64,000 bases of DNA, from NCBI RefSeq assembly GCF_028641065.1, contig NW_026576092.1, forward strand, positions 124,001 to 188,000. Reading direction: 5' to 3'. Made by a program: the position numbers and the translations under genes. Shown here one piece after another: positions 25,981-36,360 of this stretch (its first letter is position 1; every line of letters begins with the position of its first letter). The notes under the pieces are model-generated. The model made no database searches. It was not told the origin of the DNA and worked only from the letters and a program-made list of their open reading frames with translations. The DNA is from Leucoraja erinacea (Eukaryota).

Positions 25981-28900
25981 CTGTAAGTGAACGAGAGAAC
26001 AAAAACATCATTAGTCTGTGACCAAGTCTGAAGACGGGTCTCAACCCGTAATATCACATGATCCTTCTTCTCCGAGATGCTACCTGACCCGCTGAGTTAA
26101 ACCAAGTTTTTGTGTCTGTCATTACCTTTGTCCAAACCAACTTCCTTAGTATTAGCTTCCTTATTTTGTTTCCTTTATCTGAATCTCCATCCTACAGTCC
26201 ATGTGATTCAATCTGGGTTCAGAACCACAGAGTCATGTTTAGTGCAGGACTGTAAATGGCGTGAGTATGATGTTATACCAAAAGACAGACCCACATTTAG
26301 CTTTTTCAAGTGTTTGGAAATTCATCCACAGAAAATGGATACCCGGAAATGAGGATCAGGCAGGAATCTCACCCAGACATTCAGGTGATTTATATAATAA
26401 TGGATGCTTGGTAATGTTCAAAGGTAGAATTTAACTAAGCATTGATATTTGGTGTCCAGTTGGAGGGTTTCAGTTTAGTTTATTGTCACGTGTACCGAGG
26501 TACAGTGAAAAGGTTTTGTTGCATGCTAACCAGTAAGCAGAAAGACAATACATGATTACAATCGAGCCACTTACAGTGTATTGATCCATGATAAGGGAAT
26601 AACATTTAGTGCAAGGTAAACAAGAGCAAAGTTTGGTCGAGGATAATCCGAGAGTCATGAATGAGGTATTATAGTAGATTAGCACTGCTCTATGGTTGTG
26701 GTAGGATGATCCAGTTGCTGAGGAACTTGTGTTTAGGGCTGAAGGGCCTGTACTACAATGGGGTAAAGAGTGCGTGTTCATGTGCAGCAAAGCACCAATA
26801 ATCTGCTATTGAACGGTTCAGCATCCGTCAGTGAAATTAGATGCATTCTCATGCAGTGTTCTTGATTCCGGGACTTCTCTGGTATTCACTGGGTCTCAGA
26901 GTCACACAGCAGGGAAACAGGTCCTTCAGCCCGACTCGTCCAAGATGCCCTATCTGAACTATTTGTCCATGTGCCTCTCAACCTTTCCTATCCATGTACA
27001 CGTCCAAGTGTCTTTAAAATGCTGTTATAGTACCTGGTTCAACCGGCAATCATTCAATATACCTACCACCCTCTCAGTGAAAAGGTTTGTTTGAATCTTG
27101 CCGTTCTCACCTCAAGTCCATGTCATTGAACTTACTGGCTTCACTGGAAAGTATATCATGCCATGTAACGTCCAAATCAAAGAGTGAATTGAATTTCTTG
27201 GGTGATTTAATCGGGAATAGCTTCTAATATCTCCTAGTCCAGCACCACCAAAGTGCCAAGCATGTAGGATTAAAGCTTTACTGTATATGATTTGGAACCA
27301 ATGGTACAGAGAGGAAGTCCTGAAGTTGACAACCTGGTGCTCAGAAAACAATCTGGCTCTGAACACCAGGAAAACAAAAGAGCTCATTGTCGACTTCAGG
27401 AGGCACAGCACCGACTTAGCCCCCCTACACATCAACGGCGAGTGTGTGGAGAGGGTCAACACCTTCCGGTTTCTCGGCGTCCATATCGCTGCTGACATCT
27501 CCTGGACGGACAACACGACAGCGGTCATCAAGAAGGCTCAGCAGCGGCTGCACTTCCTGAGGGTCCTCAGAAAGCACAACCTGGACACTGACCTGCTGCT
27601 GACCTTCTACCGCTCGTCCATCGAGAGCCTGCTGACATACTGCATTACAGCATGGTATGGCAGCTGCACCATGGCAGACAGGGAGAGGCTTCAGAGGGTA
27701 ACTAGGACAGCGCAGAGGATCATTGGTTGCCCTCTCCCCTCCCTGATGGACATCTACACCTCCCGCTGCCTTAGCAGGGCAAAGAAGATCATCAAAGACA
27801 GCTCCCATCCTGCGTTTGGACTGTTCGACCTGCTGCCCTCTGGAAGGCGCTATAGGTGCATCAAATCCAGGACAAACAGACTGAGGAATAGTTGCTTTCC
27901 GAGAATTATAACTACTATAAATTCAAATTCACACATGCACTGACTACACCGCCCAACACGGACTTCCATCTGTATATATGTATATATGTATGTAGCGCCG
28001 TAGAATTTGTGCACCTATTCCCCCCCCCCCCTCCCTTCTGTTTTTTGTTTTTTCTGTTTCTTGTTTTGTGTGCTAAATTGTATGTATGCACTGAGTACGA
28101 GCAGCTTTCAGTTTCACTGTACATGTATAGTGACAATAAATGGCATATCTATATCTATATCTATGCTTTACTCACCCAGTTTGTAGATATTGGTTCTACC
28201 CATGTGTGTCACGTGGCAGGAATACTCCACATCTTCCCTGGGAATTAATTCGATGAACGTGGTCAATTTGAATTTCCAGTTTGACTCAAAGCTGAGATCA
28301 GTTTGGTTTGCGTCAGAAAAGGGGTTGCCATCCGCATACAGTTGCAGCTCGATGTTCGGTGGGTTGAATTCTTTAGCATGGCAGAGGAGGGTGTTGGTCT
28401 CACCTTTTTCCATGGGTTTGTAGGTGTACACCACGACCTGTGGCGGACTTGGATCTGCGGATGCACAGGAGGACCACAATGAGGACATATTCGAATCTGG
28501 TGCAAACAACAGTCTCCTACACTGTCACATACAAACAGTAATCCTCCGTCAGTTTCGCCACCTCCAACGTGACCCCACCACTCGCCACATCTTCCCATCT
28601 CCCCCCATATCTGCCTTCCGCAAAGACCGCTCCCTCCATAACTCCCTTGTCAATTCTTCCCTTCCCTCTCGTACCACCCCCTCCCCGGGCACTTTCCCTT
28701 GCAACCGCAAGAGATGCAACACTTGTCCCTTTACCTCCCCCCTCGACTCCGTTCAAGGACCCAAGCAGTCGTTCCAGGTGCGACAGAGGTTTACCTGCAT
28801 CTCTTCCAACCTCATCTATTGCGTCCGCTGCTCTAGATGTCAGCAGATCTATATCGGTGAGACCAAGCGGAGGTTGGGCGATCGTTTCGCCGAACACCTC

Positions 28901-31900
28901 CGCTCGGTCCGCAATAACCAAGCTGACCTCCCGGTGGCTCAGCACTTCAACTCCCCCTCCCACTCCGTCTCCGACCTCTCTGTCCTGGGTCTCCTCCATG
29001 GCCACAGCGAGCAGCACCGGAAATTGGAGGAACAGCACCTCATATTCCGTTTGGGGAGTCTGCATCCCGGGGGCATGAACATCGAATTCTCCCAATTTTG
29101 TTAGCCCTTGCTGTCTCCTCCCCCTCCTCAGCCCCCCTGCTGTCTCCTCCCATCCCCCAGCCTTCGGGCTCCTCCTCCTTTTCCCTTTCTTGTCCCCGCC
29201 CACCCCCGCCCCCGATCAGTCTGAAGAAGGGTTTCGGCCCGAAACGTTGCCTATTTCCTTTGCTCCATAGATGCTGCTGCACCCGCTGAGTTTCTCCAGC
29301 TTTTTTGTGTAACCAGTCTTCTACACTGATTGGGAATCCTGTCAAAAACATTCCCCAGTGTGGAAAAGTCAAAGACTAAAGAGGGCAAAGCTTTAAAGGT
29401 GAGATGGGCACATTTTAAAGAACATGTGCGAGGCAAGTTTTTTATTTTACACAGAGAGTGATGGGTAACATTCTGCCAGAGGTGGTGGTGGAGACGGGTA
29501 CAGTGGTAATGTTTAAAAGGCTTTCAGATAGGCACATTGATATGCAGGGAATGGATGGATATGGATCAAGCGCAGGTAGAGGGGATTTGTGGAAGGGAAG
29601 TGGGACAGTCAACGTTTCTGGTTGAGATACGTCATCTTAGTTTAGTTTGTGTAGAGTTACAGCATGGAAACAGGCCCTTCGGTTCACTGAGTCTATGCTG
29701 ACCAACAATCACCTGGACACCAGTTCTATCTGGCACACTAGCGACAATTTACATAAGCCAATAAACCTATAAAGCTGTGGGTCTTTGGAGTGTGGGAGGG
29801 AACCGGAGCTCCCGGATATAATGCACACAGTTACAGGGTGAATGTAAAAAAACTGTGCAGACAGCACCCATAGTCAGGATCGAACCCGGGTCCCTGGCAT
29901 TGTAGGACAGCAACTCTACCGCTGTGCCACTGTACCTCCCTCCACTCTCCTGACCAACCAGTTCAAACTTCTCAAGGTACAACACCCCAAAGTACACCCA
30001 ACACCATATTAGCTCGGCAGCACCTTTCCCAGTGAGGGACGATAACATCTGATGATAGAGCAACTCATAAATGCCCCACAAATGGACAAATACCCTACAA
30101 CTTGAAACCTCAATCATCTTTCTTCATTAATTTTTTAATTCTCTTCAGCTTTAATGGTGTTTTTCCTAACAACTTTTAATCAGCTTTTAAATGTACAACT
30201 ATTGCTCCTGTAGTCTTTGTTTGGATTACTTTTCCTGTCAAGTCCTTGCGTCTTAAAGGAATATAATGTGTTGCATGTAATATTTTATTTCTTTAAAATG
30301 TTTAAAGCAATAAACGATAAACCATGTTTATATCGTTTAATAGATTTTCCCAATTAACCCCAGCAAATTTGACCCAGGACCCAGACAAGGGATCACAGCT
30401 TAAGGATAAGGGGGAAATCCTTTAAAACCGAGATGAGGAGAACATTTTCCACACAGAGAGTGATGAATCTCTGGAACTCTCTGCCACAGAGGGTAGTTGA
30501 GGCCAGTTCATTGGCTATATTTAAGAGGGAGTTAGATGTGGCCCTTGTGGCCAAGGGGATCAGAGGGTATGGAGAGAAGGCAGGTACGGGATACTGAGTT
30601 GGATGATCAGCCATGATCATATTAAATGGCGGTGCAGGCTCGAAGGGCCAAATGGCCTACTCCTGCACCTAATTTCTATGTTTCTATGTTTCTATGACCC
30701 TTAGTTTATTTCCATTGAAAACGCTGGTTTCAGTTTGAACGACACTAAAATCTAACAGGGCTCTATCATGTGATTTAGTTTCGTTAAGAAATATAATGGA
30801 GAAACAGGCCCTTCAGCCCACTGTGTCCGCACCGACCAGCGATCCCCACACATTAACGTCTATCCCTTCATGCTCTAGGAACAATTTTTTTTGTTACATT
30901 TACCAAGCCAATTAAGCTACAAGCCTGTATGTCTTTGGAGTGTGGGAGGAAACCAAAGATCTCAGAGAAAACCCACACAGGTCAGACAGCATCCGTAATT
31001 GGTGCCGAACCCGGGTTTCGCTGTGTGGCAACACTCTACCACTGCGCCACCGTGATCTCGTCTGAGATTCTTAACAATATGGTTGTCAATTAACCCTTTC
31101 TAGTTTCCTGTGGTGGATCTAAAGCAGAGACACAGGGACAGTTCAGACTGAAGAAACTCGACACAAAATGGCGCACAATCATTCCCTCCACAAATGCTGC
31201 TTGACCCGCTGAGTCATTCCAACACGTTTAGGAATGCGTGTGCAAGGAGCGATAATTGAAGGCTCTTTCTTTTAAGCGGAACTAATGGGGTGCGGCTCGT
31301 TCAGAGAGAGGGAAATGGAGGGACTCCCTTTGCAAAAAGAGAGGGAGGGAGGGCGCAGGGAATTGTGGACAATAGGGTTGGGGTCTCGTTCGAAGGGAAA
31401 GGGGGCATAGGGGAAATGGGGAGTACTTACAGAGAGAGAGGGACTAAAAGGAGAGCGGTTCTTTGGAAAAGGGGCTCGGAGTTTTAACGGGTGCCTCTTG
31501 CAGAGAGAAGGGACGGGGAGATATTACAGAGAGTGGGAGGGTTCTTTCTGAAAGTGAAATGGGTGCACATCAGGCATCAGAGTTGACGGGGTTGGGGGAA
31601 GGGTTCTTTCCCCAAGAGAGGATATAGCACATGAAGGTAATGGGGAGGAGGTACTTGATAGAGGGGGCGGGGAGGATCACTGAGGTAATTAAATGAACAC
31701 AATAAATAGAGGAGCAAGAGGCCATTCAGCCCTTTGAACACGTTCTATCACAACACGACCACAACAAGCCGATCATCCCAATGCAGTCCCCGTTCACATT
31801 TTCTCCAAATATCCCCTCCAGCTTCGGGAATGGTATCCAATCCGGTGTGGAGTGGGGGTGCATTGAAGAGAGAGAGAATGAGGGAGGGGGCACACAGTGT

Positions 31901-33325
31901 TGGGGTTTATGGGCAGCTCTTTGAGGAGAGAATTCGGGGTAATGGGAAAGGTTTTTCAGCAATGTTTCAAAATGGGGGAGGGGAGAAGGGACATGGGAGC
32001 AAGGGGAGGAAGGGCTATTTCTAAGAGTGGACGGCACTTCACGCAGTACATGGGACATTTCAGGGGACTTCTTCCAAAGCAAAAGAGAGAACACACACGG
32101 GACATCGGGGTTAAAAGGGCTGGGGAGGGGTCTCATTCCAATAGAAGGGCCATAAAGAGTTAGGGTTAATGAGGATAGTTATTTTGGTGCAACAGGCTGT
32201 GGAGTATTCGGGTAAATGGGGAGGGCTCTTTTTGAGACAGAGGATACCAAACTTTGGAGGGGGTTCTTTTGAGGGGATATAGGGAATTAGGAGGACTTTT
32301 TGGGAAAGGGAGTGGGGTATTAGCGAATGCTCTTTCAGAGGAAGGATATGGGGTACAATGGTTAATAAGGGGGGCTCTTTTTGAGAGAGGCTATGGGGTA
32401 ATAGTGAGCGCCCTCCAAAAGGGGGTAAGGGGGACTAGGTTTAGTGGGGAGGGGCTTTCTTTCAGAGTGTTTAGGGCATTAGTTTTGAGGGAATGGGGAA
32501 CTAGGGAAGCCAGAGCGAGGTCTGGCGTCGAATGAAGATGGGTCTCGTCACCCATTCCTTCTCTCCATAGATGCTGCCTGTCCCGCTGAGTTACTCCAGC
32601 TTTTTGTGTCTATCTTCGGGCATTAGGGAAGGTTCTTTTGAAAGAAGGAATGGGGTATTAGCGAGGGGGTCTTTTGATGTATATTAGTTGACAGTATATT
32701 AGTTGACCTCGAAAGTTTTCGGAGGGAGGGGGGAGGGGGAATAGAGTTTTTTTGGGGATGATATGGAATTCAGGGATTTTGAGGAGCGGATATGGGACAC
32801 AAGGGGGGATTTTTTTGACCAGCACGAGGTATTAGGACTGGTGGTGGGCAGCACTTTCAGAGAGAGACGTTTTCGGGCAAGACGTTTTCGAGCAAATGAT
32901 CGTTTCGAGAGTTTAAGAGGGAACTGCAGATGCTGGAGAATCGAAGGTTACACAAAAAAGCTGGAGAAACTCAGCGGGTGCAGCAGCATCTATGGAGCGA
33001 AGAAGGGTCTCGGCCCGAAACGTTGCCCATTTCCTTCGCTCCATAGATGCATCTGCACCCGCTGAGTTTCTCCAGCTTTTTTGTGTAACCATCGTATCGA
33101 GAGGGCAGACTGGCGGTAAATAGGCTTTAGCTAGAGAGATGGGACGTGGGGGATTGGGATGAGCTGGGAGGGGATCCTGGAAAAGAAGCACTTTCACTTT
33201 CAGCGGGCGGGCACGGCGGGGCAAGGGCATTAGTTTACCCACTGTATTTCTGCAATCTTCGCCAAAATATACTTACTCGCCGCGCAGAGCAGCCCCAGCG
33301 AGAGCAGGATGAGAGAGCGCATCAT
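25970..33325 (-). CDS. b2m: beta-2-microglobulin, spliced CDS join(33325..33277,28454..28176,25980..25970), 112 aa: MMRSLILLSLGLLCAANPSPPQVVVYTY...CHAKEFNPPNI...DLSFESNWKFKL...YSCHVTHMGRTNIYKLESF
   Basis: C1-set Ig domain with b2m motifs (PxVxVY, NxLxCHxxxFxPPxI, DLSF..xW.F, YSCxVxH). All introns are GT-AG and the coding introns are phase 1. Layout is the classic b2m one: leader exon, 279-nt Ig exon, tiny stop exon, non-coding last exon. Confidence 0.97.
27283..28164 (+). mobile_element. Rex1/Babar non-LTR retrotransposon 3' part in b2m intron 2
   Basis: ORF 27287..27943 (NNLALNTRKTKELIVDFR, KKAQQRLHFLR, LLPSGRRYR); gtgacaataaa plus (tctata)n tail; 8-bp TSD gctttact at 27275-27282 and 28165-28172. 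Confidence 0.92.
28176..28454 (-). CDS. b2m: b2m exon 2 (Ig C1 domain, 279 nt)
   Basis: Lies within ORF 28168..28509. Acceptor ccgcag| at 28455, donor |GTGAGT at 28175-28170, two Ig cysteines, W60-equivalent in NWKF. Confidence 0.97.
28525..29313 (+). mobile_element. Penelope-like element, 5'-truncated (Cys-rich linker plus GIY-YIG endonuclease, Neptune-like), in b2m intron 1
   Basis: ORF 28424..29104 with CNRKRCNTC, LIYCVRC..C..IYIGETKR, RFAEH, VAQHF and GMN. 15-bp TSD cagtctyctacactg at 28510-28524 and 29314-29328. Confidence 0.92.
29218..29252 (+). ncRNA. minimal hammerhead ribozyme motif in the PLE 3' end
   Basis: CTGAAGA-a-GGG tttcgg CCC-GAAA-CGTT: conserved core, stem II, palindromic ACGT in place of stem III, NUH triplet GUU. 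Confidence 0.65.
29636..29935 (-). mobile_element. tRNA-derived V-SINE (HE1-like); other copies at about 820-1000, 7426-7533, 7860-8055, 18810-19180, 21128-21315, 30803-31053, 36672-37070, 43170-43320 and 44320-44500
   Basis: Pol III A-box (cagcggtagag) and B-box (gggttcgatcc), central ggtttcctcccacactccaaagac core, CR1-like tail gggcctgtttcc..(ctaaa)n. Confidence 0.85.
30383..30695 (+). mobile_element. CR1 family A 3' end in b2m intron 1
   Basis: Identity to other family A copies; TTTCTATG tail. Confidence 0.9.
31290..32860. repeat. purine/G-rich degenerate tandem-like region in b2m intron 1
   Basis: Recurring gggg(c/t)tctttt-gagagagg units with a strong purine skew on the plus strand. Confidence 0.55.
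32946..33090. repeat. inverted repeat of PLE 3' ends (57-bp arms, 31-nt loop)
   Basis: 32946-33002 pairs with 33034-33090 with 2 mismatches; the loop holds hammerhead stem II and GAAACGTT. Confidence 0.9.
33190..33201 (-). promoter_or_regulatory. ISRE/IRF-E in b2m intron 1
   Basis: GAAAGTGAAAGT about 75 nt downstream of the exon 1 donor, next to a GC box. Confidence 0.6.
33277..33325 (-). CDS. b2m: b2m exon 1 coding part (signal peptide MMRSLILLSLGLLCAA, 49 nt)
   Basis: ATGATG start, hydrophobic leader, donor CGA|GTAAGT at 33276-33271, GC-rich promoter immediately upstream. Confidence 0.9.
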
Positions 33326-33446
33326 GTCGAGAGGACAGACTGGTCTGTTTGAGAAAGGAGCTACAGATGCTGGAGTACCGATGGTAGACAACCTGCAACT
33401 ATCTGCCTCCGCTTCGGAATGAAGGCACTAACCCGGCGACCAGGCA

Positions 33447-33632
33447 CCAATAGCACGGAAGCGTCCCGCCCATCAGCCCCAGCAGAGGCAATCGCAAAAA
33501 GATCACCAGCGGCTTGTCACCAGTCTCCGGGTGAAAGAGCTCTGTAGAGTTTGCGATCCGGCAAGCGAGAGGGGGCGTGTGCTTGAAGCAAGATCTGCCC
33601 GGGCAATGGACTCTGATACTTTGGATTTCCCC
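33447..33632 (-). promoter_or_regulatory. b2m proximal promoter: kB-like site, S-X1-X2-Y module, GC box, second inverted CCAAT
   Basis: On the gene strand: GGGGAAATCC (33632-33623); CAAACT (33553-33548), 16 nt, CCCGGAGACTG-GTGAC (33531-33516), 23 nt, ATTGC (33492-33488); GGGCGGG (33471-33465); ATTGG (33451-33447). Confidence 0.75.
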
Positions 33633-34199
33633 CACACTGTCAATGCCACCACAGGGCGCGGCAACTTGCAGACTGGTTACTGATCAGTCTATCTACAAAT
33701 CTACCTCGCCATTGTTATTGTATTCGAGTTTAAATCTGGTTTAAATCGAAGATAGACACAAAATGCTGGATTAACTCAGCATCTCAGGATAGTCAAGTCA
33801 AGTCAAGTCAAGTCAAGTTTATTTGTCACACACACATACGAGATGTGCAGTGAAATGAAAGTGGCAATGCTCGCGGACTTTTGTGCAAAAGACAAACAAC
33901 AAAACAACCAAACAAATTATAAACACAATCATAACACACATATTCTTTTAGAAGAAACGGATGGGATTTCCTTCCTCAGACGAGACCCTTCCTCAGACGG
34001 AGTCAGGGGAGAGGGAGATACAGAGATAACCATATAACAATTACAGCACGGAAACAGGCCATCTCGGCCCTTCAAGTCCGTGCCGAACACTTATTTCCCC
34101 CCAGTCCCATCTACCTGCACTCAGACCATAACCCTCCATTCCTTTCCCGTCCATATACCTATCCAATTTAATTTTAAATGATAAAATCGAACCTGCCTC

Positions 34200-34732
34200 C
34201 TCCCTATCTCCCCATTCACCTCTCTCCTCCTCATTCTCCTCCCCTCTTTCTTCTTCTCCTCCTCCTTGTAGAGATATATATGTGGCTAATAGCATGTAAC
34301 CAATTCAATTCCTTCCCTCCTTCTCCCTTCCCCTCCTCCCCCTCCTTCCCTCCCTCCATCCTCCCTCTTTCCTTCCCTCCCTCCCCACCTCCCCTCCCNN
34401 NNNNNNNNNNNNNNNNNNNNNNNNNNNNNNNNNNNNNNNNNNNNNNNNNNNNNNNNNNNNNNNNNNNNNNNNNNNNNNNNNNNNNNNNNNNNNNNNNNNN
34501 NNNNNNNNNNNNNNNNNNNNNNNNNNNNNNNNNNNNNNNNNNNNNNNNNNNNNNNNNNNNNNNNNNNNNNNNNNNNNNNNNNNNNNNNNNNNNNNNNNNN
34601 NNNNNNNNNNNNNNCTCATCTCCTTCTTCCTTCCTTCCTTCCCTCCCTCCTTACCCCCTTCCCTCCTCTCCTTCTTCCTTCCTCCCTCCCTCTCTCCCTC
34701 CTTCCCTCCCCTCTCTCCCTCCTTCCCTCCTC
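34200..34732. repeat. polypyrimidine (CCTT/CCCT) low-complexity tract containing an assembly gap (216 N, 34399-34614)
   Basis: Directly visible in the sequence. Confidence 0.95.
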
Positions 34733-34964
34733 GGAAGAAGATAAGGACGTGTAAGGCGTGAAAACGAGATAATGGGGATGAAGTTCAAGGAAACTGTGGA
34801 ATAGATCATTGTTAGCTCGGAGAAGGCAACAAAGATTTAAACAGAGATAAACATGTAAAAGAGGACAATCAGACTCGTCGGATAACTGGGAGAGAGGGGG
34901 GGGGGGGTGAAGAGAGAGGGGAGGCAAGGAATACTTGAAGGAGTTGCAGGCCGAAATATGACAA

Positions 34965-36360
34965 ACATAGAAACATAGAAACATAGAAATTAGGTGCAGG
35001 AGTAGGCCATTCGGCCCTTCGAGCCTGCACCGCCATTCAATATGATCATGGCTGATCATCCAACTCAGTGTCCCGTACCTGCCTTCTCTCCATACCCCCT
35101 GATCCCCTTAGCCACAAGGGCCACTTCTAACTCCCTCTTAAATATAGCCAATGAACTGGCCTCAACTACCTTCTGTGGCAGAGAGTTCCAGAGATTCACC
35201 ACTCTCTGTGTGAAAAAAAAGTTCTTCTCATCTCGGTTTTAAAGGATTTCCCCTTTATCCTTAAGCTGTGACCCCTTGTCCTGGACTTCCCTAACATCGG
35301 GAACAATCTCCTGCATCTAGCCTGTCCAACCCCTTAAGAATTTTGTAAGTTTCTATAAGATCCCCCCTCAATCTTCTAAATTCCAGAGAGTATAAACCAA
35401 GTCTATCCAGTCTTTCTTCATAAGACAGTCCTGACATCCCAGGAATCAATCTGGTGAACCGTCTCTGCGCTCCCTCTATGGCAATAATGTCCTTCCTCAG
35501 ATTTGGAGACCAAAACTGTACGCAATACTCCAGGTGTGGTCTCACCAAGAGTCATAAGGCACAACGAACTGCAGGTGCTGTAATCTTGAGCAAAACAATG
35601 TACTGGAGGAACTCAGCATTTGTACAAGGAACTGCGAATGCTGGAATTTGTGGAGGGAAATTGAGGTCGGGACCCTTCCTCAGACTGCTAAAATACATGT
35701 TCCATATCGGGAGATATATGACAATAAAAAAACTCTGAAATATATTAAGTCGCTTGTCGATTCTCTCCACAGATGCTGCCCAACCACACTGAGTTTATCC
35801 AGCATTTTTGTGTTTTGCTTAAGACGCCAATATCAATTGCTGCAATTTTATAAAACAAAAAATAGAGAGAGTACAGAGGAGATTTACTAGAATGTTGCCT
35901 GGGTTTCAACAACTAAGTTACAGAGATAGGTTGAATAAGTTAGGTCTTTATTCTCTGGAGCGCAGAAGGTTAAGGGGGGACTTGATAGAGGTCTTTAAAA
36001 TGATGAGAGGGATAGACAGAGTTGATGTGGACAAGCTTTTCCCTTTGAGAATAGGGAAGATTCAAACAAGAGGACATGACTTCAGAATTAAGGGACAGAG
36101 GTTTAGGGGTAATATGAGGGGGAACTTCTTTACTCAGAGAGTGGTAGCGGTGTGAAATGAGCTTCCAGTGGAAGTGGTGGAGGCAGGTTCATTGGTATCA
36201 TTTAAAAATAAATTGGATAGGCATATGGATGAGAAGGGAATGGAGGGTTATGGTATGAGTGCAGGCAGGTGGGACTAAGGGGAAAAAAAAAATTTGTTCG
36301 GCACGGACTTGTAGGGCCGAGATGGCCTGTTTCCGTGCTGTAATTGTTATATGTTATATA
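34965..36360. mobile_element. CR1 family A 34965-35550 (-) and CR1 family B 35855-36360 (+); short family B end at 34028-34200 (-)
   Basis: ORFs 35291 and 35892. Confidence 0.9.

Noticed and set aside
28168-28509. ORF-track 113-aa protein as a single-exon b2m
   Set aside because: Its N-terminal 18 residues and last codons are intronic; proper splice sites and a real leader exon exist.
28517-29203. 228-aa minus-strand and 169-aa plus-strand ORFs
   Set aside because: Shadow frames of the GC-rich PLE endonuclease ORF.
29840-29935. tRNA genes at SINE heads
   Set aside because: A and B boxes are present but continue into the SINE core with no full cloverleaf.
34178-34744. ORFs spanning the N run
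   Set aside because: Artefacts of the gap and low complexity.
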